Positions 25,757 to 37,671 of a stretch of DNA of 64,000 nucleotides are shown in pieces. Numbering within the stretch: position 1 is the stretch's first letter; every line of letters begins with the position of its first letter. The stretch spans positions 25,854,001-25,918,000 of the forward strand of contig NC_045709.1 in the NCBI RefSeq assembly GCF_009834535.1. Direction: 5' to 3'. The position numbers and the translations under genes were made by a program. The notes beneath the pieces are model-generated. The model searched no databases. It had not been told where the DNA came from and was given only the letters and a program-made list of their open reading frames with translations. The DNA comes from Camelus ferus. Taxonomy: Eukaryota.

Positions 25757-27290
25757 TAGTGATTTCCCAGAGTGGAGTGCAGTCAGCTGGAGAACCCGAA
25801 GCCCTTTACAAGGCGTCCCCAGGCCCACACTGTCTTTGTGAGAATGCCGGGGTGCTCCTAACCTCACCGGCTGGACGTTCGCTCTGATGGCGCAGGACCA
25901 ACGGCGGCCGAACTCCCGGGGTGTCAGCCCAAACCACGGCGGCGGCTCCCAGCGGTGCCCGTGTCACAGGAAGTGGTCACAGTGACAGGGAGTAATGCCC
26001 GCGGTCCCCAAGGAGTGCCCTGACGATGCTGGAGAAGTGAGTGTTCCAGCCCTCAGCCTTGAGCCTGTGTCCCTCCCGGGCCCCAGGCGACGGGACGGGA
26101 CGCGCAGGCCTGTCTCTCGAGGACACCGAGACCCCGGCCGGGACGCCGCCTGCCCTCCAGCGGGCTGGGCTGTCTTTCCTCAGAAGGGCCCCCGGCAGAC
26201 AAACCGCGCAACCGAGCCTGGAGTATTCAGTGGAAGTGAAAGCAGCAGCCGGCGGGTCAAGGGACGTAACCGGCAGCACCGTCGTCAGCAGAGACAGCGT
26301 CTGGCGTCTGACGTGAAAATTCCAATTTAGAAAACTCGCCTCTGAACTTAACAGCGTCCCAGTTCCTAAAGGCGCCGTTGTTGTTGATTGGTGGTGACAT
26401 TGGCCAGCGTGACTTTTGGACCTACCATAATGAACCACGTCAGCTGCGTGACTCCATGAACCAGTGTTTCCCAAATGACCAGTGCGTGACGTCACAAAAC
26501 TGCAAATGGCACAAGAGTCACTCAAAGCACAAGCTAGACCGATGGGCCTAAATATAAACTAGACAAAGTGCTCACTGATGTGTTTTCAGATTCAGTGCAA
26601 CTGACCCCAGGACACTGACACTTGTCACCCTTTGGTGCAGTGACCAGGAGGAACACCCGCAATCAGTTAAAAGGGTGTTAAAGCACCTCCCCTTCCCAGC
26701 TGCGGACTGCGTGAGGGCCTGTTTCCTTACATCCCTCAGCCAGACAACACAGCGGCAGACCGAGCACTGAGGCAGGTGTGAGGACCCACCTGTCTTCTCC
26801 TAAGTCAGACTGAACGATACACCTTCTCCACTAAACTGCCCTTCTGCTCTTGAAGACACAGTTGCAGGCTAGCTGGAAAAGCAATGTGTATTTGCCACTG
26901 TTATTTAGGTGGTCTGGTTGTTTAATTTTAATTTAAATTTTTGCTTTAGTTTTTTAAATTGAAGTGTAGTCAGTTTGCAATGTTGCGTTAATCTCTGGTG
27001 TCCAGCATAGTGATTCAGTTACACGTACGTACATATTTCTTTTCATATGCTTTTTCATTATGGGCCATTACAAGGTATTGAATACAGTTCCCTGAGCTGT
27101 GCAGTAGGACCCTGTGTATCTCTTTTATATAAGGTAGTTTGCACCTGCAAATCCCAGACTGGTATAGTTATTTTTAAATAAATTAATACATTCTAAAAAT
27201 TCTCCACGTTAGTTTGTCATGTGATAGGTATTTAAAGGCGTAACTCACATAGACAAAAGCTCTTCAGGGCTCCTCTGTCTTTTAGGAATA
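25757..27290 (+). mobile_element. Near-full-length Charlie1a-like hAT DNA transposon fossil
   Basis: Colinear with recalled Charlie1a: 5' terminus TAGTGATTTCCCAGAGTGG; internal ATGAACCAGTGTTTCCCAAATGACCAGTGCGTGACGTCACAAAA, TTTTCAGATTC and CTGTCTTCTCCTAAGTCAGAC; 3' region CACATAGACAAAAGCTCTTCAGGG. Confidence 0.72.
26950..27160 (-). mobile_element. Artiodactyl L1 3' tail (L1_Art-like) nested in Charlie1a
   Basis: TTTTTAAATTGAAGTGTAGTCAGTTTGCAATGTTGCGTTAATCTCTGGTGTCCAGCATAGTGATTCAG...GAATACAGTTCCCTGAGCTGTGCAGTAGGACC. Confidence 0.85.
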
Positions 27291-27294
27291 TACT

Positions 27295-27640
27295 GTGCAC
27301 CTCTATCAAAATACATCAAAGTGTACAGTTGAAATACGTGCAGTTTACTGTACAGGAACCACAGCAAGTAAAAGTGCTACAAATTAAATAAATCAGAAAC
27401 CTAAGACACTTGACAAGAAACCAGAAAGAACCCAAAGAACACAGAGCCACATTTTCTTATTAGCCTGTCACTTTACTGTTATTAAAACGATAACCAGGAA
27501 TTGCACCTCTTGGGGCGTGATGGAAACGTTCGCTGTCTTGATCGTGGTATATATACGTTTATCAAATTCATCAAATTGTTCATTGAAGTATGTGTGGTTT
27601 ACTGTACAGGAACCATTACCATAATCAAGGTGTTCAAAAA
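27295..27640 (+). mobile_element. Two adjacent old L1M 3' tail fragments (~27295-27395 and ~27505-27640)
   Basis: Both resemble the L1MC/ME terminus (GGGGTGATGGAAATGTTC...TATCAAAA(C)TCATCAAA...TGTACA...TTTACTGTA). Confidence 0.55.
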
Positions 27641-28824
27641 AAGGGCGCCGTGGCCTGGGGACCAGAGCCCTTGAGAACTGCCGCCGAGGGAGCGCCGTGC
27701 GGTGCCCGCCCAGACCCAGCGCGGCTGCAAGCGCACTTTACTTTCCTGACGTCGAGGCTGGCGGAGAATTCAGTCACTTGGGAACCAATGTCAATTTCCC
27801 TAATTCTCAGCTCAGAAAAGAATGTTTAACATACAGCGCATTCTGTTGTATCATCAGAGTGACGACAGCTCAGTTTTCATCTTGGGTTGGCCACCAAAGA
27901 CACTGGCTCGAGTGTCCCTACTGGATAAAATTAAAACTAGTTTTAATGAAAGATTACAATACAGTTTCACTGAAACTAATTGAGCGGGTGGGCACCGTGA
28001 GCAAGTGGAAGAGGTGGCCCTGAGGGGAAGGGGGTCTCTCTCCTACTCTTCATCTGCGCAGGTGCGGGGTTTCTAGAATGACCCGCGGTCCCGGGACCAT
28101 TTCCCAACGTCAGCTGAGCAGACCACCCATGAGGCTGATGCATTGCACCCTGGCCTTGGCTTCATTTACAGAAAAAGGTGAAAGCTGCCTCTGTGAACAC
28201 TGGCTCGTGGAAGCAGTGACACCCTTGAAGCTCTCAATTCTCAACCAAACAAAGCAGCGCACAACTACTAAAAACACCTTGTTGCAGCTGAAGGCGCAAC
28301 GCCTTGACTTAAACTATTCTGCGTGCACACGGGTGGACGTGCTGCTCATGAACAGACACACTTGAAACCACACAGGTGATTTCAGAGTATTGTAGACGTA
28401 TGTGATTCTGCGAGGCTTTAGTTTTGCACAAGTGAGACTTGGACTCAGTACTGATTAGCAAGCAGGAAGAAAAACAATCAAAAAAGGTGAGAAGACTCTT
28501 TCCAGGGCATAAATACCTTCATTCAATACGAATTCTGTTCACTGCCTGGGCCTCAAGTTCTGCGCACGTTTTCAGTGTGTTTCTGATAGAATGCTCTTAA
28601 AATGAAAATTTGTAGTGCTCCTGCTGAGTTCATAATTTTCAAATTTTAATAATCATGCTGATTTTAGCTCAAAAGTTCTTTACACTTCATAGGATTTCCC
28701 TTTTCACCAAGGTCTTCCCACATGTTCCAAGTGCATTCTCTGACGTTCTGTAGTGACTTAAAATGACTCAGTGATTTTATCCTGACACACCTGAAGCAAA
28801 CAGAGGCTAAAGTCCATCAGAAAT

Positions 28825-28958
28825 CGGGAGGTTGGGATTAACGGATACACACCACTGCATTTAAAACAGATAAACAACAAGGCCCTACTGCACAGCACAG
28901 GGAACTATGTTCAATACCTTGTAGTAACTCATAATGGAAAAGAATCTGAAAAAGAACT

Positions 28959-28995
<37 letters not shown>

Positions 28996-29065
28996 CACTG
29001 AATCACTTCGCTATACACCTGAAACTAACACAACAGTGCAAATCAACTATGTATCAATGAAAAAC
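28825..29065 (+). mobile_element. Artiodactyl L1 3' tail containing a TG microsatellite
   Basis: GGGATTAACGGATACACACCACTG...ACAGCACAGGGAACTATGTTCAATACCTTGTAGTAAC...CTGAATCACTTCGCTATACACCTGAAACTAACACAAC. Confidence 0.85.
28961..28992. repeat. (TG)16 microsatellite
   Basis: Read directly from the sequence; a perfect repeat. Confidence 0.97.
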
Positions 29066-29289
29066 ATCAGCTTTTGCAGATAAGATTAAGTTAAAGATCT
29101 TGAGACGGAGGAGAGTATTTTGGAAAAAAGAAAAACTTTATCAGAAGCATGTTGTCAATAGACCTCTAACCCTGGGGCACGCGAAATCTGTCTTTAGCTG
29201 GGGTTCACATTCTACAAAACTGCAATCTGTGCTTTAAGAGGAAAACCCAACAAACGCATAGTGGAGGATAACAGCCCCAAATTCACTTA

Positions 29290-30016
29290 ATTGCTTGTGG
29301 AGAAAAGGGCCCCTCATGCACTGCTGGTGGGAGCGTAAACTGGTGCAGCCACTATGGGAACAGCCTGGAGGTTCCTCAAAAACTAACCGTAGATCCACCA
29401 GATGATCCAGCAACCCCACTCCTGGCTATTTTCCTGAAGGAAATGAAAACACTAATTCGAGAAGATACAGGCACCCCACGTTCACAGCAGCAGCTCCGCA
29501 AATGCCAAGTATGGAAGCAGCCGAAGCGTCCGTCAGCGGCTGACTGGGCAGAGAAGGTGCGGTGTGCATACACAGTAGAGTATCACTCAGCCATGAAGAA
29601 GAACGACATTTTTCCATTTGCAACAACACAGATGGCCTTGGACGGTACTGCGCTGGGTGAAATGAGTCAGGCAGAGAAAAACAAACACTGCACATTATCA
29701 CTTATATGTGGAACCTAAAAAATAAAAGGAACGAATGAATATAACAAAACAGAAACAGACTCACAAATACAGAGCAGTGGTGAGCGCGGGTGAGGGGGTG
29801 CCATCGGGGTGGGGGAGTCAGAGGCGCCGACCACCGCGTGTGAAACAGGCACACCGCAAGGACTGCTGTCCGGCACAGGGAGCACAGGCAGTATTTTGTA
29901 ACAACTTTAATTTAGAGTATAATCTACCAAAATTTCGAGTCACTATCTTGCACATATAGATATTATATGTAATATGTGATAAATTAACTACACCCCAAGG
30001 AAAGAAGAAAAAAACC
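29290..30016 (+). mobile_element. L1 3' end (ORF2 C-terminus remnant and 3' UTR), older laurasiatherian subfamily
   Basis: GGAGAAAAGGG...CACTGCTGGTGGGAGCGTAAACTGGTGCAGCCACTATGG...CCAGCAACCCCACTCCTGG...ATCACTTATATGTGGAACCTAAAAA. Confidence 0.88.
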
Positions 30017-30074
30017 AAAACTGAAGTGAATCCTTAAATCTCGTTACATCTTCCCAGAGGCCGCGGCAAAGGCG

Positions 30075-30240
30075 TTGGCTTTCAAATCAGGAAGACTGGG
30101 AAGGTGAAGTCAGGAATCACTAGCTGCGGGCAGCCTTGGGCAGGCTACCTCCGGCCTCTGACTTGGTTGAGGCACCTGTACAATGGGATTAATACCTGTT
30201 CTTAAGGTTGGTGAGGGGGTTAAACGGAGGGGCTGTGCTG
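30075..30240 (+). mobile_element. MIR SINE
   Basis: ATCACTAGCTGCGGGCAGCCTTGGGCAGGCTAC...ACCTGTACAATGGGATTAATACCTG...TTGGTGAGGGGGTTAAA. Confidence 0.6.
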
Positions 30241-32519
30241 CGGTGGGGACATGCCGGTCCGCGGCGCAGACGGTGCCCTGCTCTGTGCCACCTCCCGCCC
30301 CGGCCAGCCCCTGCGAGGCCTGGTCTCCCTGCAGCCACAGTCTGGGTGTGCCCGGTGGGATTTTAGAAGCCCCTTTCCTCTAAATGAGCGTGGGAAGGAG
30401 ACCTGACTCACGAGGCGCTTTTTACTTGAGAACTGGCGCCAGTTCTTCAACGGGTGGGACGTGTGGCTCAGGCGCCCAGGAAGGAGAGGTGGCGCCTGGA
30501 CTGTAGGGTGGCCGGTGTGGGCTCTCAAGTCAGCAGTGTGCCGAGCCCAGAGATGCCCTTCCCAGCAGGGGCGCGGTGGTCAGAAGACCCACGTTCCTCC
30601 AGCGTGTCTTCGCCTGACTTCCTGCCTCCCGTCCTTCCGCCTCCTCTGTGTGTCACCGTGGCTGCCGGGCGCCCCGCGGGGCTCGGGCAGCACTGGGGAC
30701 TGGGGCGTTGACGGGCCAGCCTGACCTCTGGTTTTTCTGCAGAATCAGCAGCCCCCCCTGACTGTGTTCTTGGACGAACAGCCGAGGATGCCTCCCGGCT
30801 CTCGTCTGCACGTAGAGTCGTCTGTGACGAGAACAGCCAAGTGACCAGAAGCAGTGGCCACCGGAAGCTTCAGGCTGTGAGTCACAGAAAACTCCAATTT
30901 AACTGGCCTCAACAACAGACATTTTTGTCTGTTTGTTTGAGTCTCAAATTAAAAAAAAAGCCCTAGAGAAGTTTGGTCTGTGGGTTTTTGTGGGTGAAGG
31001 AGGACCTGGTCCGCCCCGTGTCCCTCCTGCCATCCGCCCGGGGCCTAGGGTCCCCGGCAGCTCTCTCACGGCGCTTCCACTCTGGGGTCCCAGGAGCTCC
31101 CGCGACAGTGTCTACGGGAGGAAGAGGACATGCTTTTCTACAAGTCCCAGTTCGTGAGCAAAGGCGTCACAGTCAGAAGCCCCCAGCAGACTTCCCGGTG
31201 ACGCGCAAACCTTCTCTGCCAGGGACGGACCCCGTCAAAAAGGAAAACAAAATTGGTGTGAATGGCTGTTGGGAAGACAAGCGAGCGTCCACTACGGAGG
31301 GGAACGGGCAGAACCCGCGGGGTGCTCCCACCTTCTCGGGTTCATCAAGGACCGTGTGGGACACTGGGCATGAACCTGGCCATCTTCCATCCAGGACGCT
31401 CTGGAGCCTGGGGCGTCCCGTCCCCGCACGCAGGCTTTTGCCTCTTTCCTCCCTCATTTCCAGGGCTTCGCTGGCGCCCAGGACCCCGGTCACTGGTAAA
31501 GGGGGTAACACGGAGCACCAGCAGGGCTCCACTGCTCACCTTCCCTCCCGTCCGTGTGAATTGTAACAAGTCCCCAAAGTGGGTTTAACACTCCTCCTCC
31601 CCTCGTGTCTCTCTGTGGACCCTGCAGAGCTGATGCTGCCAACTTGAACACATGCCCCGTGTCACCTGCCCCAAGGGGACAGAGGACCTGTGAGTGAGAG
31701 AGCGAAATGGGACGGGAGCCGGCCCTGCCCCACGGTGGCCTCTCCGTCTACGAAGCTGGGGGTGCAGGTGGGGGGTTGCTGTCTCTGATGCCCTCCCTGC
31801 CCCTTGAGAATAAACCAACAGCTGGGGTTGGGCAGAGAAGGAAGATGACAGGGAGCCACTGGGCCCGGGAAGGAGCAGAAGTTAACTTGAAGCCAGTGTG
31901 AACGGCACAGGGAGAGAACTGATTTCAAAGGAAGGCAATGTCGTCCTCGGTACTCCTACGTTATAGGTGTGCAATGGATTTAGATGATTTTCAAATGAAA
32001 GATGATGTATAAAATAAAAAAACGAAGCTCTCAATAAAGGCAATTTGAAATATTGTCTTTCCTGGGAGTCTAACGTTTTTAAATCAGCTCATTTTGATCA
32101 AATGTGGCTTATAATAAATAAGTAATCTTACTGGGTCTTAAATAAAAAGCAATTTGGATTTCATGAGACCTTGCTGAAAACCAAGATATAATGATATGTC
32201 CAATATAAAATGTATTGCTTGGGTTGCAAGAGAAGAAAAATGCAATGGTAGATTAATTATTGAAGATTTTCTTTATCACTTCATGTCACCAGAATAAACT
32301 ACTGATTCTGTAGGAGAAATTAGTGGAGAGAAAGGCATAATATTTAATTGTTTATAATGTACCAAAAAACAGAATCCATCTTTTACGTAGAAAGCTTGGT
32401 TGATCTTTAATCGGGTTAGGTGAATACTCCCTAAATACAAAGGCACACAAAAAATAGGGAAAAGAAAGAACAAAAACACTTGGGCATGAAACACACACAA
32501 ATACATCAAGGTCAGGGTT

Positions 32520-33160
32520 TTTTTAAATGAAGACTAAATGGCGTTGCTGCAGCCAGACCCTGGAGAGCAGCGCTTAGGAGCGGCAGCGGCAGTCAGCGCA
32601 CGTGAACCCCTCCTCCGGGCAGCTAACTACATCACCCTGTAAGACAGCCGTGTAACGTAATTAGAGACTTGAACAGTTCACAGCCAGATCACTTAAAGTA
32701 ACACTGTTAATGGGCTCTAGAAGTTCTCCCTTTAATACTGCCAGCGTTATAACTTCTAATTACCTTAATAATTAGGGCCTGTCACTCACGGCGAGGCAGC
32801 AGCCCCTAACGCTGGCCGGCACCGGGGGTCTGGTGCCAGGCATGTTTTGATGTTCTCATCTAGCTGCTCAGGGTCGGAAGGAGCTATTTGCCCTTGGAAA
32901 CCTGGTGGTTGCTATGAGGTGGCCCAGCATCCTTACCAGCAGCTTTAATGCTGCCTTCGCCACTGCTGTGCTCATTCGGGAGGGAGTGTATAAACCCTAT
33001 TCACCGGGGGCTATGCGTGAAGTGCAAATGCGGCACCTATGATGAGAGTTTCTGAATTTCAATTGCCCCCGTTGCTCCAACTACAAAATAACAGTATAAA
33101 CTTGGATGTCAAATCAACTGGGATTGAAATTAAAAGGCACCGAAATTTCCTTTATGTGTG
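32520..33160. promoter_or_regulatory. Candidate conserved enhancer (homeodomain and TALE motif cluster)
   Basis: Repeat-free block with TAATTA at 32658, 32757 and 32769 and TGTCA at 32780. Function is inferred, not shown. Confidence 0.45.
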
Positions 33161-34686
33161 GTTAGGATCTGCGGTTAATTGACAAAGGTGAGAGATTTGA
33201 AAGTAAATGGGAGGAAATGAGAAGGATCTTCCTGCTCTGTTGAGAGTCGTACAGGAGCTGGCGGAGTGGGGGTGTTCCTGGAAATTATATATGAAGCTAT
33301 TGAAACAGAACAGGAAAAAAAGGTGGGAAAGAACGTCTGGGGGATAGAAACGGTGTTTAGAATACTGACTTTACAGAAAAGTACGTCCTCCCAGCAGAGG
33401 TTAAGAGGGCAGGGCACTGGCACGGATGCCCGCGCACGAAGACGTCAAGGTCGCCTCGAGCGCTGCCCCGCCGCAGCGCCCTCCTGGACCCCTCAGCCAG
33501 GGGCTCCCTCCCCCAGAGCCGGGGCTGCCTCCACGAAGGCACACGCATGCTGACCTCAGATTACTGCCCCCTGCGTGTCCACATCTTCCCTCCCGACTGT
33601 CAGCCCTCTGCAGATCGCGGCAAACCTTGGTCACCTGTGCGTCTCTAGTGTTTAGCAGGTGCCTTTCACAGAAACGGGCAGCAAAGCGCCTGCTGAACTA
33701 ACCAAGCGGCCAACAGCTGGACGAGCCGGCAAAAAGAACACTCCGCGCAAGCTGGGTGAGCCCGTGGCGCCGACGTGTCCGCTGAGCGACAGCTCTACGA
33801 CTTACCCTCTCACCTCCTTCGAGTATTTTGTACCGTTTCAAAGGTGCTCAGCAGAGATTCAGTCAATTCGTCCTGGAACCACACACATGTTATCTGGCTG
33901 CACGTCTGTGCAGCCCTCAGAGGTATGTGGCCAAGCTCCAAAGACACAGACCACAGAAGAGGCAATTTCCCTTCTGCAACTGTCACCCTCGCAGGGATGA
34001 CAGGGTAGCCTTCCTGTATCTTTGCAACTCAAGACGGCCTCTGGCCCAGAGGTTCCCAAACTTGGTTCAAAAGATGGCGCCCTGGGAAGGCAGGCTGCTC
34101 CAGCCAGCATGGAATGCATGGGTTCCATCCCGTGAATCTGGAAAACCCAGAAAGCGCGTACAATCTGTGGAACTCAGTGCGTCGTCTGACTTAACATTCC
34201 CAGCGTTCCTACGAGGCAGGCAGCACCACAGCTCGCTCCCCACCGGCACAAAGTGGTTATCTGAGCCTGGGTCCAGCTGACCCCGAAAGCTATGATGGGG
34301 CACACGTGTCCTCAAAGATTATGGTGCTATGCAAACTGCACCATGGAAACCACAGAGCTTCATGGGAAAAGGGCTCAGGGATGTAACACTCACACACTCC
34401 ATCAGCGACGCAGTAGAAAAAGATGGCAACTTAAACACTAACGCATTTCTCACATGCTGGTGAGAAACAGATGCCCTGAGGGCTGGGCGGTGTGGCCGCC
34501 GGGTGGAGCAGGGACCCAACCCACTGAGGCAGGATGGAACCAAGCAGGGCAGCCCTAGAGATGGGCCCCGTCCGCCTGCCTTTCAGGCCTGAAGCTCATT
34601 CTCTCTTGTCTCTCATGCCCACCTCCCATCAGGCCCGAGGAAAGAGGTGAGTTGCGCCGGTTCCTCCCTCCTAGCCCCTCCTTCTG

Positions 34687-34770
34687 CACATCTCTGCCCT
34701 CCCATTGGTGCACTCACATCTCTGATCTCCCACTGGCCCATTCACATCTCTACCCTCCCATTGGCCCCTT
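34687..34770. repeat. 3 x 28-bp tandem repeat
   Basis: CACATCTCTGCCCTCCCATTGGTGCACT / CACATCTCTGATCTCCCACTGGCCCATT / CACATCTCTACCCTCCCATTGGCCCCTT. Confidence 0.9.
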
Positions 34771-37671
34771 TCCTCCAGCAGCCAGGTCCTCACTCTACTC
34801 TGGTTGTCCATGGCCATGTGTGAGGGCAGGACCCTGCGCGGCACACAACGCCAAGTCCACTTGCCCCTGGACATCTCCACCTCCTCAGCTGGTGGGTCTC
34901 TGCCTGGTGGGAAGCCATCGCATTCTCAAGTCAGAAGGTCCGCGGGAACGAGACGAGAGGCTGGTCACTGTGAGGGGGAGGATGCCTGGCAGTTGTGGCT
35001 GGAGGAACCCTGGGAAACTGGCACCAGCTTCGTAAGCCTGTTATCATGGGGGGGTGGGACCAGAGTGCCGGCAGGGGCAGGGACCCCCAGCAGCAAGGGT
35101 GCCTGGCCTCCCCCCCCCCCCGCCCAGCCTGAGCAGGGTGGCAGGCAGGGTGTGGGAGCCAGTTGGGCTTTACCCCATTCTCATGGTCACAGGTTCTGCT
35201 GAGGTTTGAGGAGCTGGGAAGCTCAGGTGTTTGCGTTTCTGAAGCGCGCTATCTAACCTCAAGCCCTGGAAGTGGACGGTGTGCTGCGGCGGGCTCGTCC
35301 TTTGGCTTCCCTTGGGCACAGCCAGAAGGCGTGCCCGGCTGGGGCCAGTAGGACGCCGTCCCTGTTCCCAAGGTCGGGCTGATATGGGTGAAACAGGGCA
35401 CGTCCCCAGCGTCTGCCACATTGTGGGGCTCACTTTAAAGATCCCCGAAGTCCCGTCTCAGGTATCAAACAGATCACAGTTCTGCTCTATTCAGTGAATT
35501 TAAAACTCAGTGAAACATCTTGCTTTTGAAGTGGCATTTGAGTTTATTACAGCAATGTCACGCTGACAAAGGCACAGAGTCCCTGAGCAGTTTTCCTTTC
35601 CCACAGGCCCTCCCACGCTCCTCCCAGCATGGTGCGGAGCGTGACTCGGTTCTCAGGCCAGAGCTGGAACCGGGACCGCCTCTGTCATGACCTGAAGGGG
35701 GACCGTGGGGCGGGTGATCCGCTTGGAAGAACCCAGGCCCGAGTGCCCTGGACCGTCGGGCACAGGAGCTCCTCCCCGAGGCCCTGCTCCGGCGTGATGA
35801 CTGAGCTTCTCTCACACACAGAACACTTGTCACTGCAGACTCGGGGAAGCTCCCAGGCCCAGGTGCGGGAAGAAGGACAAACTGACAGCTTTCTCCAGTC
35901 TTTGGTGTTGGATCAGGTGGTCCTCGTGTGTCCCTGCCTCACATACGTGGTTTTTAGAAACACGTGTGCGCCCCAGTCCCCCACTCCATTGTTATCTTCT
36001 CCAGGGCAGCAACCGTCTGCGTGCTTTCTCGTCTCTTCGCAGCCTCCGTCTCACAGGCGCTCAGTAAGCGTCTGCTGGTGGACTTGCTGAAGGACAAAGC
36101 TGGAAGGACGGGCCTGTGGACGTCCCAGACGCGGTCTCCCCACCTGCGCCCGCTTGAACTTTGGCCCCGCAGCATCAAAGCCGCCCCGGGAGAGTCTGTC
36201 TCTCAGGTGGTTCTGCCACTCGGGCTCACGGCCGACCCCAGACTCCCCCCGAAGAACCCCGCCTCCCCGCTCCAGCCCCCGCGCTCCCGGCTAGAGCACC
36301 GCCTGACTGGCCCCTCGGGAGTCTCCAGCTGGAGCACGTCCAGAACTCCGCGGGGAGAGCTCACAGCCGCACGGAAGCGCCCGGGGCCCCTCCCTGCGGC
36401 CCGCTGCCCTGCGGTCGGCCGAGGTGACGGCCACAGACGTGGCTTCAGGGCAGGTGCCACTTCGCAGGGGTTACCTCCGGGTGGGGTCTTTTCCCCTTGC
36501 CATTTATTAATCGTTCTGGGGTTTCGATGGGCGACAAAGCTGAAGGGTGCCCCAAGGACGGACACGGCGCCTGCTGAGGGCGTCTCCACGTGGAGATGCC
36601 TGCCCCGCGAGCCCGCAGTCCCCCGGCGCTCCACACAGGGACGCGTCACCTGGGGACTCAGGAGCTCAAGTGCCACCTGCAGGGTTCATCCGGCTGGGCA
36701 GCCACTTTGCTTCTGGTACCTTCTGGAGTCCAGGTTTGCTGATGATTTCATGTGCTTTGTAGGTTCAGAGAACTCGGGGCACTGGATAAAGACGAACACG
36801 TAGCTTTCTTGTGGTCTGGGTGTGAAGGAAGGAAGTACCTGTCCTGAGAGCCGCCAGGAAAGCCGAACTGTCCAGCCCGTGTGACTGTGAGGCGAGGTCA
36901 GCGCTCATCGAGTCGGACGACCTGAGCTTCCCTTCTGTTTGAAAGGCTCGCACTGAGGACCCCGGGACAGGTGTGGAAGCTGCCATCACTTGTGAACATT
37001 TGAACAGAGAACAGCGGGAAAACGCAGGTCGCACTCTTTGAAACTTGCTCTGGTGACAACGGCTAGTTGTTTTAAAATCCTCCAACAGTAAGTCTCAGTG
37101 ACCATCCACGTGCCAACTCTTTCTGTGACCAAAGATTTTGTTCCAGCCAAGCGTTCCCAGCCCCATGACTCCCACTGGGACCAAAAGATGTCGAGAGAAG
37201 CAGCACGTGGAACCCAGGAGAGCAGGCTGGGATGCGGTGTTCTCTCCCCGGGGTCTTGGACCAGCGGGCTGCAGAGACCTGTGTGGGGACCAGGTCTGGG
37301 CAGCGCAGGTTTCCCGCAAGCCTCCGGCTCAGGCACCTGGGCTGAACTGCCACCGTGCATAACGGTGGCGCCGTAATCCATAGTTGGAAAAATGATGGAT
37401 TTCTTTTCAAACTTTTCTCTTAGTGCAGTCCCCGGGATTTTCCTTCGCGGAAGGGAGACACTGGCCCTCTCGGTGCACCTGCTCCTCTGCACCTGTGGAT
37501 GTGCACCTGTATCCTTCCTCTCCAGTTACATCATTACATGTGGTCTTCCCACACATAGTGTAGGCAGAGGTGGTGGGATTAACGAATAAACCGGTGACCC
37601 TCAGATGACCCAGTCTGACCTGCCCTTGAATCAATTTTTCCCTGTGTGACTAAGGATGTAGACAAAGGTCA

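Noticed and set aside
4568-28129. Two perfect GLI sites (TGGGTGGTC at 4568-4576 and GACCACCCA at 28121-28129)
   Set aside because: About 0.5 or more are expected by chance in 63 kb on both strands; two unclustered hits do not indicate a Hedgehog target.
36579-36600. 22-bp palindrome GGCGTCTCCACGTGGAGATGCC with one mismatch
   Set aside because: About 0.5 such palindromes are expected by chance in a window this size, and there is no supporting context.
35964-36803. The longest gap-free ORF (279 aa) and similar ORFs at 16093-16692, 39048-39719, 41949-42575 and 60929-61648
   Set aside because: They are Pro/Arg/Gly/Ala/Ser-rich with no recognisable domain, overlap ORFs in other frames and partly lie in LTR remnants. 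Such ORFs are expected where GC-rich DNA is depleted of stop codons.
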